A stretch of 19,627 nucleotides of DNA from a virus: positions 1-19,627 of IMG/VR virus record IMGVR_UViG_3300045988_014604. One strand, given 5' to 3'. How positions within the stretch are numbered: position 1 is the first letter of the stretch; each line of letters opens with the position of its first letter. Under the pieces are notes generated by a model, which made no database searches, had not been told where the DNA came from, and saw nothing but the letters and a program-made list of their open reading frames with translations. The position numbers and the translations under genes are program-made. Below are positions 4,347 to 11,587 of the stretch, piece after piece.

Positions 4347-6281
4347 TCAGCTCTCATAGAGAAATCCATCGGTTGGGCGTACCCTGATTTTCCAAGCGCT
4401 TTTGAAATTGCGGTTGACGCGTAGGTAGAGCCGGTATTTTTCGTCCGGCAGCGTGACGTTTTTGTTGTTGCCGGTGGTTATGTCGCCATTCTGCCCATTA
4501 GAGTAGGCCCAAATGATGCGTGCATGGTCTTTGTCGAGGACGAAGGACGCATGCACGGCGATACTATCACCATTGCCGACAGCGGGCGTCTTGGTATCGG
4601 TCGAGTCAAACGGCACCGTGTCTCTATTGTCTTGATAGAAACCGCCGAAGGTGGCACCATTACGTCGTACGCCCGCGATAATGCCAACTTGCCCAGCCTT
4701 CTTATTATCCTCCCACGGCTCGATATCGGTAGCTTCCTTGACTGCCACGACTGCGATATTGCGTGTATCCCCAGCCGTACCGGTCTGCACGCGTGACATA
4801 AAACCTTCGAGGTCGATCGACACCGGCAAAGTCACCTGTCCAACCTCAACAAGCTCAACCGCCATCTGTCCGTCAGCGTCACCGAGCTGGAACAGTCCGT
4901 CCGGCGCAAGATACGTGCTTTTAGCCCTGTCCGCGTCCGAAACGTCAACATACGCTTGCTGCCCATACGCTTGGAACCGTGTCGGACGAATAAAAGTATT
5001 TTCGCCGGTGCTGAACGGCGTGAAGTTGCGACACATCTGCTTTGTCGCATAATCCGGCCAATTGGACGTGATACCATCAACGCCGAGCGCGGTAACACGC
5101 TCATACGCAACGGGGTCATTAATAAGCCACGGATTAATTTTGACGCCAGCCGTGTGCGCGGCGTTGACCATTGTCGACGTCAGTTTGTCTTCTCGCGGAT
5201 TGCCGCAGAAAATGCCTGCATTTTTCATGTCAGTCCAAGAGTGCGGCATGGCGTCCACATCCCAAGTGTACGACACGTATTTCACACCCCCTTGTACGGC
5301 GCGGACGCATTGTTCCCAGCTGAACGAAGTCAATTCATGAATTGCGGTTGCGTTATACTTGCGCAATAATTCCAGCATTGCGTCGGTGGTGGCGTCGTTC
5401 AACGACTTGATTTCAAAATCGACGGGACTATCCCCCACGGCCTGTAACACCTGTTCCATGCTCACCGGCTTGCCGGTGTCGCCACCATGCACTTTCGCCT
5501 TAACCTCGCGACTCATAAAGTCCTTGTAGGTGATGGAGGATACGTTAGCGGCCGTTCCCGTCATGGTGCGGGCGGTAGAGGTGTCGTGCAGGATTACGGG
5601 CACGCCGTCAGACGTGAGTTGCACGTCGATTTCAGGGATATACCCATGCCGCACTGCCCACATAATACCATCCATCGTGTTTTCGGGAAAACGGTAGGAA
5701 CCGCGGTGCGCGTGGATAATAAAGTGGGAGTCAAGCTTACTGTCCACACGTGCGTTCGCAAGTTCGTCCACTTTGGTGGCGGTGTTGTCCAGTTTGGTTT
5801 TTTGCGCCATGGCATTAACGGTTGAGCCTGCTCCAAGTGCGGTGAGAATTGTCTTATTGTTGTCGGCCTTGCCTATGGCGGTCATTGCGTCCGCTCCCGC
5901 CTTATTCCATTTGGTCTTCGAGGCGGTGGCGTTCGCCGTGTTGTCGGCTCCCAACGCGGCGAGAATCGCCGTGTTGGAATCGGCTTTATTTGCCGCTGCT
6001 GTTGCGGCGGCGGTTGCGGCAGCGGCGTCAGAGATTGATTTATTCCACTTGGTCTTCGAGGCGGTGGCGCTATCGACAGTATTATCGCCAATCAGCGCCT
6101 TCATCACTTCCTCGTCATGCGCTTCACGCGACTCAACACCTTCGATTCGGGTAAGGTGCTTTTCGAGCGCATTATCAATAGTGTGCATGGAGCCGTTGTA
6201 GCCGTCCCTTAAATCGGCCGGGTCATTGTCGCCATACAGATTAAGTCCGTAATTGTCGGTTTTGCTGTATACGGTAGCCAT
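4347..6281 (-). CDS. Tail fibre/appendage protein with a glycerophosphodiester phosphodiesterase (GDPD) domain, 644 aa
   Basis: The N-terminus carries the fibre anchor motif NYGLNLYGDNDPADLRDGYNGSMHTID. Next come three Ala-rich repeats of about 46 aa. The GDPD signatures are HAHRGSYRFPENT and EIDVQLTSDGVPVILHD (about nt 4991..5714). A C-terminal domain of about 200 aa follows, probably the receptor-binding head. Confidence 0.8.
   Translation of the reverse strand: MATVYSKTDNYGLNLYGDNDPADLRDGYNGSMHTIDNALEKHLTRIEGVESREAHDEEVMKALIGDNTVDSATASKTKWNKSISDAAAATAAATAAANKADSNTAILAALGADNTANATASKTKWNKAGADAMTAIGKADNNKTILTALGAGSTVNAMAQKTKLDNTATKVDELANARVDSKLDSHFIIHAHRGSYRFPENTMDGIMWAVRHGYIPEIDVQLTSDGVPVILHDTSTARTMTGTAANVSSITYKDFMSREVKAKVHGGDTGKPVSMEQVLQAVGDSPVDFEIKSLNDATTDAMLELLRKYNATAIHELTSFSWEQCVRAVQGGVKYVSYTWDVDAMPHSWTDMKNAGIFCGNPREDKLTSTMVNAAHTAGVKINPWLINDPVAYERVTALGVDGITSNWPDYATKQMCRNFTPFSTGENTFIRPTRFQAYGQQAYVDVSDADRAKSTYLAPDGLFQLGDADGQMAVELVEVGQVTLPVSIDLEGFMSRVQTGTAGDTRNIAVVAVKEATDIEPWEDNKKAGQVGIIAGVRRNGATFGGFYQDNRDTVPFDSTDTKTPAVGNGDSIAVHASFVLDKDHARIIWAYSNGQNGDITTGNNKNVTLPDEKYRLYLRVNRNFKSAWKIRVRPTDGFLYES
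5756..6075 (-). repeat. In-frame tandem coding repeats (about 46-aa unit, three copies) in the fibre stalk
   Basis: TTCCA(T/C)TTGGTCTTCGAGGCGGTGGC occurs at 5905..5930 and 6043..6068, which is 138 nt or 46 codons apart. The protein repeats read TASKTKWNK..KAD(S/N)N..IL(A/T)ALGA. Confidence 0.8.
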
Positions 6282-6284
6282 TGT

Positions 6285-6476
6285 CTAGTCCTTTTTTTCT
6301 CGAATTTGAGTATTGAGCTGGTTTAGAATCTGGTCTATCATGCGCATGGCTCTGTTGAACCCGTCGCGCATGTCCATCGGTGTCGCGTCATTGTAAAGCG
6401 GTAGTCCAAAATGTCCCGTCACACCGTATGCGGCGGAGTCCACCGGCGTGGTCTGCTGTCTGTCCGCCATGTCCAT
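6285..6476 (-). CDS. 63-aa protein made almost only of the fibre N-terminal anchor motif
   Basis: HFGLPLYNDATPMDMRDGFNRAMRMIDQIL aligns with the N-termini of the two neighbouring fibre genes. The start is ambiguous: GTG at 6479, ATG at 6476 or ATG at 6470. It overlaps the upstream stop (TGATG). Confidence 0.55.
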   Translation of the reverse strand: MDMADRQQTTPVDSAAYGVTGHFGLPLYNDATPMDMRDGFNRAMRMIDQILNQLNTQIREKKD

Positions 6477-6829
6477 CACTCTCCCGAAGCAGTGGTGGAA
6501 ACGAACGGCAAACCTTCCGCGGTGACCTTCGTATCATTAAGGTTTTTGACGGTGAACTGGCCGCCACCGGTTGCTGGAACACGATTGAGAAAATGATTAA
6601 GCGCGGTGCCGAGCGCATTGGCGTTCGCGGCGCTCAGTCCAAGAGCGGTGGCGAACGCCGTCAAACCCTCGGGAAGGCTTTCCGGTGTCGGGATTGCGTC
6701 AATCCTGTCCGACTGCGTTTTCAACGTCGTATCAAGAATGTCCATTGAGCGATTGTATTGCCCCTCAAGGTTAGGCGCGTCCGTCGCGTCATACTTTTCA
6801 AGATTATAATTGGGGGTTTTGCTGGTCAT
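6476..6829 (-). CDS. 117-aa fibre-related protein with the same N-terminal anchor motif
   Basis: The N-terminus is NYNLEKYDATDAPNLEGQYNRSMDILDTTL. The RBS AGGAAGGA is 9 nt upstream of the ATG at 6829. Confidence 0.7.
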   Translation of the reverse strand: MTSKTPNYNLEKYDATDAPNLEGQYNRSMDILDTTLKTQSDRIDAIPTPESLPEGLTAFATALGLSAANANALGTALNHFLNRVPATGGGQFTVKNLNDTKVTAEGLPFVSTTASGE

Positions 6830-6847
6830 TTGCCGTAATCCTTCCTA

Positions 6848-7447
6848 TTATTTTGCGGTTTTCATAAAATTGTTGACCACTACACCGTTGGCAAGGTTCT
6901 CAACCGATAGCGGGCTGACGAGTTCACCGTCATCCACGTGTATGTCGCGCGGCGTAATACGCGGCTCGTTGTTGTGAAAAATGGTTTTGTTGCCAAGCAC
7001 CGCGAACTCCAAGCACGTGTGCGCGGCGGCCATTGGCGTGGATAGTTGTGCCATTTGATTTACGCGCGCGCCGAAAACAGCAAGCTCACGGTACATGTCG
7101 CGGTTAGTGTTTTTCGAGTCCTCGTGCTTACCACGTGTCGGGTTATAGGTAAGAGCACTGTCCTCGTATTGCCCGACTTGCTTTTCCAAATCATCCAAGG
7201 TTTTATCGATGCGCTCGAACTGTTCGTTAAAACCGGCTATCAGCTGTTTGATGGCTTCGACGTCCGCGTTTTCATCTTTGGCGAGATTGTCGAGCTGTTC
7301 GCGCAATTCGTCCACATGTTCGGCCACCTCCTGCACGTAACCGAGCACGGTCAACGTGTCGCGGTACGAAAAAGGCTGAACCGTTGTGAAATAGCGCTGC
7401 CGCGGGTCAATGTCAAGCGGCGCGGCGCATAGGTTTACTCCGTTCAT
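6848..7447 (-). CDS. Coiled-coil structural protein (tail/appendage-associated), 199 aa
   Basis: A long heptad-like acidic segment is present (VDELREQLDNLAKDENADVEAIKQLIAGFNEQFERIDKTLDDLEKQV). It lies between the lower collar and fibre genes. I set the start to the ATG at 7447, which follows GGAGG. The track start at 7471 is a TTG without an RBS. Confidence 0.6.
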   Translation of the reverse strand: MNGVNLCAAPLDIDPRQRYFTTVQPFSYRDTLTVLGYVQEVAEHVDELREQLDNLAKDENADVEAIKQLIAGFNEQFERIDKTLDDLEKQVGQYEDSALTYNPTRGKHEDSKNTNRDMYRELAVFGARVNQMAQLSTPMAAAHTCLEFAVLGNKTIFHNNEPRITPRDIHVDDGELVSPLSVENLANGVVVNNFMKTAK

Positions 7448-7478
7448 AATCCTCCAATCTGTCAATGTCAAGTATACT

Positions 7479-8291
7479 CTAATGGCCGAGGTTATAAGCG
7501 AGACTCGTACTGTAAAGCTGCGGGACGTTGGTCATGTTGTCGCCACTGCCCCACATTCCTAAAAAGAGGTTTTCGAGTGAGTTGACCACCATCATGTCGA
7601 CGTTAAGCATGGTATTACGCCAATCCTGCAATAATTGAGATTGCGAACCGCTGGTGCCGATCGTATGCGACATACTGTTGCCTTTGTCGGACGAATGCGA
7701 AAAATCGGTGTTGCTAGTACTGGACGCGGTGGTGCTACTGTCCTGCTGAGTGGCGGTATGCGTGTTGCCGGTAGAGTCCGTTTGGCTTGCGCTGGTGGCA
7801 AATTGTTTGAAGTCATCGATACGCGTTTGCGGAAATTCGGAATTAAACGTCATGCTGGAATTGTCGGCGGTGGTGTCGGACGTGCTGTTCGCCGTTGACT
7901 TATTGGATTGAGTGCCGGAAGACTTGCCACTGGACTCGTTGACGCTCGTAGAGTCCATTTCCTGCCGAATGTCCGAGGTAATAAACGGGTCAAACTTGCG
8001 TTGTGCAGACAAATAGAGTTGGTTGAAATAGTCCATTTGTTCGCGCATTGTCCTGCCTAGATAAAAAATGAACATTTGTGGCGTTTCGCTGCCGATTTCA
8101 CGTAATGCGTAGTGTGCCACGATTTTTTCGTTCAATTTCTCTCTATATTTTTCGTCAAAAATCGGGTAATATCGCGCACTTAAATGCAGTTTTTCGTCAG
8201 TGTCGAAACCGCGTGCAATCAGATTGCCAAGCGTCAACGTATAATCCGCCATACTGTCTTTGACGGCGTACATGCTCAAATCCTGCGCCAT
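7479..8291 (-). CDS. Lower collar protein (phi29 gp11 position), 270 aa
   Basis: It lies immediately downstream of the portal gene (TAATG overlap) with an AAGGAGG RBS. The N-terminal domain YYPIFDEKYREKLNEKIVAHYALREIGSETP is followed by a long Ser/Thr-rich segment. The assignment rests mainly on phi29 synteny. Confidence 0.6.
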   Translation of the reverse strand: MAQDLSMYAVKDSMADYTLTLGNLIARGFDTDEKLHLSARYYPIFDEKYREKLNEKIVAHYALREIGSETPQMFIFYLGRTMREQMDYFNQLYLSAQRKFDPFITSDIRQEMDSTSVNESSGKSSGTQSNKSTANSTSDTTADNSSMTFNSEFPQTRIDDFKQFATSASQTDSTGNTHTATQQDSSTTASSTSNTDFSHSSDKGNSMSHTIGTSGSQSQLLQDWRNTMLNVDMMVVNSLENLFLGMWGSGDNMTNVPQLYSTSLAYNLGH

Positions 8292-9229
8292 TATTCTTCC
8301 TCCTTGTTTCCGTCAACGTCCAAGAGTCCGCCACTTGTGGTGTCGTTCCATTCAATTCCGACAGGATGCCCCGAGTCAGCCATTTGCGGCCACAGCCGGT
8401 TAATCGTATCGCATGCTTGCTGTCGAGCCTTGAGATAACTCAGACGAAAAACGTTGGTACGCGAGTTGCCTGCCGTCACTTCCGACTCAAGCAGACGTTC
8501 CTTCTTTTCCGTCGTGCTGTTATCGATACCGAGGTAATTAACAAGCTCGTTCCAAATCTGCGTTTTTGTGGTAATGATTTTATCCGCTAAGAAGGGGGAC
8601 ATGTTAGGGAACGTCTGAAACATTCCGGTAATGTCGGCGGTATCGTAGACGTAGATGTATGGATCTCCGTCTTCCCTCGCTTTCACGAGGTTTTGGGCGG
8701 TGAGCTTGTTGGTTTCGGACGTGGCGATAATCAACGGCACTGAAATGTTGTCAAGGTTGACGTCCAGCGCGCGGTCGGCAATCGCCAATCGCGTCGCGTA
8801 ATTCCACATGACATCAATCATGGTGCAACGCAATTGATTGTCCCAGATCGGAACACACTGCTTCGAGCCAATCTGAGGATGGCTGTAATTCGTGGCGACG
8901 GGCTGGAATAACGTCGGATTGTTATAGTTGTTGACTCCGCCGATGTTGCCGGACGTGACCATAAAACGATGGACTCCCCTACGTTTGTCTGGGAAAAAGA
9001 GGGCCAAACCGTTTTCAAACAGAGTCAGTTCCAAATATCGCTCGTCAATATAGGAAGGCAAATTAATCCACTTGAAACGTGACACCGCCAGCATTTCAAT
9101 CAATTTCATGTACTGGCTAATCCGCAAGCTTTGGCGCATTTCAGGCAGATTCAGATTGCCCCACATCGAGCCAAGCACGCTCTGGTTATCCCAATGCGCG
9201 GCTTTACGCGCGTTATTGCGTTTACCCAT
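8291..9229 (-). CDS. Portal / upper collar connector (phi29 gp10-like), 312 aa
   Basis: RFKWINLP..YLELTLFENGLALFF and IWNELVNYLGIDNSTTEKKERLLESEV..LKARQQACDTINRLW match my recollection of phi29 gp10 (FEWENLP..; [42 protein letters not shown]). The start is set to the ATG at 9229; the track start is a GTG at 9235. Confidence 0.9.
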   Translation of the reverse strand: MGKRNNARKAAHWDNQSVLGSMWGNLNLPEMRQSLRISQYMKLIEMLAVSRFKWINLPSYIDERYLELTLFENGLALFFPDKRRGVHRFMVTSGNIGGVNNYNNPTLFQPVATNYSHPQIGSKQCVPIWDNQLRCTMIDVMWNYATRLAIADRALDVNLDNISVPLIIATSETNKLTAQNLVKAREDGDPYIYVYDTADITGMFQTFPNMSPFLADKIITTKTQIWNELVNYLGIDNSTTEKKERLLESEVTAGNSRTNVFRLSYLKARQQACDTINRLWPQMADSGHPVGIEWNDTTSGGLLDVDGNKEEE

Positions 9230-9240
9230 AATCACCGTCC

Positions 9241-9281
9241 TAAAAAATAATGGAGAAAGCTTAATATGCCTTCTCCATTAT
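9241..9281 (-). terminator. Intrinsic terminator/attenuator after the tail knob gene
   Basis: On the minus strand, an 11-bp perfect stem (9271..9281 with 9247..9257) and a 13-nt loop are followed by T6 (ATTATTTTTTAGG). The stem is AT-rich, so termination is probably partial. Confidence 0.5.
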
Positions 9282-9286
9282 ATATG

Positions 9287-11515
9287 TCAGTACGCGATAC
9301 CACTGAGCGGCACGTTGTCCGCATAATCAGTGACACCGATTTTGTCTGGGTCAGTCCATACTGTCACGCCCGACTCAAAAATACCCTTAACAGTCAGTCG
9401 GTATTCTTCCGGACATGTCGAGCTGCGAACGTACAGTTCATGGAGTTTCCAATATGTAAAATTGGACATTGCCATGAGATTTTCCGGCAGCTTCATAAAC
9501 CTTTGCACGTAATAGCCGTATCGTAGCCACACTTCGCCAATGGAGCGCATGGCGGCCGGTGGTATCTGCCGGAAGCGTACCATGACACCAATAAGCCCGT
9601 TCGCAAGGTTAAAAGCGTCTCCGCCCAAAGCGCCCGACGTGGTAGGGGGTACTGTTTGCGTCTGTTGCACTTGGGCGTTGATGCCAGCAATGGTGTTTTC
9701 GTAATCGCCTTGCGCCGTCGCTTGCGCTAACTGCTTGTTCATGTCCGCGAACTGCATAGTCTGCTGGTTGGACAGATTGGTTTGTGCGAGACTGTAAGCG
9801 TTGGCCTGTGAGGTGCTTGCGTTGTTGGTGGTTTGCGTGTTCGCAAGTTGCTGATTTGCCGTCGAAACGTTGTTATCATAGGTCATTTGGTTTGTCCATG
9901 CGCCGATTGCGGTGCCTGCGATGGCTCCGGCCACGCCGCCGATATTGCCCGCGACGGCTGAGCCAACGGCGTTCGCCACGCCCGAGCCGATAGTGTTCAA
10001 CTGTGACATTTGGTTGCTGAAGCCGAGGTTTTTCAGCGTTAAATCGGTGCTCATCTGTGCAGACTGGTTGCTGATAGCATTCATGGCGTTACGGTTCGAC
10101 GTGCCGAGCCGGTTTTGTGCACTCGCGTACTGTGTGCCGAGTTGCGCTTGCGCGTAGGCGTTGTTGATGCCCATTTGCGTTTTCTGCTGTGACCAATCGG
10201 CCGACTGTTGCGCATACGCCCTCGTGTAGGCGCTGTTAGCCAAGGCCAAGGCACTACCATTGTTTACTGTCATGAAGGTGGGGAAATTGGTGATGCCGAA
10301 ACTTGCGTTGAGCATTTCGCCGGAGTCAATCGGCAATCCGGAGTCGTTCGGCAACGGCGACTGTTCGCTGACATTACCTGCGTCGTATCCGCGCGGATAA
10401 AAATTAAGTCGCGGAGAAGGTGGAGCATAGTCCCACGACTCCCGGATAGTCAAGTCAGCACTCGGAATCTGCTCAGGATTGTAGGTAATCACAGTGCCGT
10501 TAAGACAAGAACACTCCAGTATCGCATATGGTGCAGTGCGGAATTTTTGGAGATACTTGTACCGTTCCGGTAGCCTGAAATTATCACGAAAATTTGCAAT
10601 GTGGATGATGTCGGCGTAGCGACTTCTGGCGTCATTATGCCGTATCTCAAGCCGGTAGCAGTCACCGCGCCAGTCAATCATATGATTGAAAAACACGCCC
10701 GGCTTGCTTTGGTTTTTCAACAACGCTTCCGGAAGCTGAGGAATGGCATAGATACCACAAATGCCCTGCGTTACCCAAGGATACTCAGCACCCGCCCCCA
10801 TAACAGCGAGGAAGTCCAAGGCGTCCGAAAAATAGTATAAAGCAGTGCCGTTCGTATGGTTTTCAAAAGCGCTGCCGTCCGCGCACGTGGTTTTCGGTGC
10901 GATCGCCGTGCCGGGGTCAGTGTCCAGCTTTGTGGTTGACGCCACCAACACACCAAAAGTGGTGTAGCCGTTTGTCTCGCCAATCAGACTTTTATACTGC
11001 TGTCCGGTAACCACCATGGCCTTGCCGGTATCGAGTCCTTCAGGCAAGTCCAGATAGGTGCGTCCGTAATCTTTCCAAGCGTTCTCGTTCGCAACTCCGA
11101 TATGCCCGCGTTCCACATACGCGTTACCGAGCTGGATATCATGCTGGAAACTCTGCCACACGTCAAGCTGGATGTTCAGCTGTGTGGTGTTGGCGTTGAT
11201 ATAGTCGCACGTCTGGACGAAATAATACCAACTGCGAGGGGTGTCAAAATCGTAGTCGTTCGTCGCAACAAGGTAGTTGTATTTCGACGCTTGCGCGAAC
11301 GGCACCGGCAGCCGTACCGGAAGGCCATATTTCGCCATCGTGCAGTTCGTGAACTCGATGCCGTCCAAACCGTCGAAATACTCTTTCTGGGCTCGCCTAT
11401 CCCATTTCACAATGTCTCTGTACCCCATATCCCACGGCACGTTACACAATTTAAAACGTGTGTTCGGCGTCCATTTTGCGTACGAAAAATTAATAGGCAA
11501 ATCGTTTGCGCTCAT
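9287..11515 (-). CDS. Tail knob protein (phi29 gp9-like), 742 aa
   Basis: The position between capsid and portal genes matches phi29. The N-terminal region SWYYFVQTCDYINANTTQLNIQLDVWQSF..YVERGH parallels phi29 gp9 KWFYAFVTELEF..FEIDVLQTW..IVREH. The start is set to MSANDL (ATG 11515), preceded by AGGAGG. A central Q/N/A-rich region holds a Gly/Ala hydrophobic segment. Confidence 0.8.
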   Translation of the reverse strand: MSANDLPINFSYAKWTPNTRFKLCNVPWDMGYRDIVKWDRRAQKEYFDGLDGIEFTNCTMAKYGLPVRLPVPFAQASKYNYLVATNDYDFDTPRSWYYFVQTCDYINANTTQLNIQLDVWQSFQHDIQLGNAYVERGHIGVANENAWKDYGRTYLDLPEGLDTGKAMVVTGQQYKSLIGETNGYTTFGVLVASTTKLDTDPGTAIAPKTTCADGSAFENHTNGTALYYFSDALDFLAVMGAGAEYPWVTQGICGIYAIPQLPEALLKNQSKPGVFFNHMIDWRGDCYRLEIRHNDARSRYADIIHIANFRDNFRLPERYKYLQKFRTAPYAILECSCLNGTVITYNPEQIPSADLTIRESWDYAPPSPRLNFYPRGYDAGNVSEQSPLPNDSGLPIDSGEMLNASFGITNFPTFMTVNNGSALALANSAYTRAYAQQSADWSQQKTQMGINNAYAQAQLGTQYASAQNRLGTSNRNAMNAISNQSAQMSTDLTLKNLGFSNQMSQLNTIGSGVANAVGSAVAGNIGGVAGAIAGTAIGAWTNQMTYDNNVSTANQQLANTQTTNNASTSQANAYSLAQTNLSNQQTMQFADMNKQLAQATAQGDYENTIAGINAQVQQTQTVPPTTSGALGGDAFNLANGLIGVMVRFRQIPPAAMRSIGEVWLRYGYYVQRFMKLPENLMAMSNFTYWKLHELYVRSSTCPEEYRLTVKGIFESGVTVWTDPDKIGVTDYADNVPLSGIAY

Positions 11516-11520
11516 AAATC

Positions 11521-11570
11521 CTCCTAAAAATAAAATAGGCGTGGATAAAAGTCTATCCACACCTATTTTA
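11521..11570 (-). terminator. Intrinsic terminator after the major capsid gene
   Basis: On the minus strand a 14-17-bp stem (11554..11570 with 11531..11547, one G-U pair) and a 6-nt loop are followed by TTTTATTTTTAGGAGG. Confidence 0.7.
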
Positions 11571-11587
11571 CCGGTTAGCCGTCATCA

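Noticed and set aside
5905-6068. Near-identical 26-nt repeats spaced 138 nt apart could be a CRISPR-like or regulatory repeat.
   Set aside because: There are only two clear DNA copies. They are in frame inside the fibre gene with a spacing of exactly 46 codons. They are coding tandem repeats of the stalk.
7700-7960. A Ser/Thr-rich low-complexity stretch in the lower collar protein could be a frameshifted or non-coding segment.
   Set aside because: The reading frame stays open through it and returns to an ordinary-looking C-terminus. Such segments are compatible with extended tube-forming regions of collar proteins. I saw no evidence of a frameshift.
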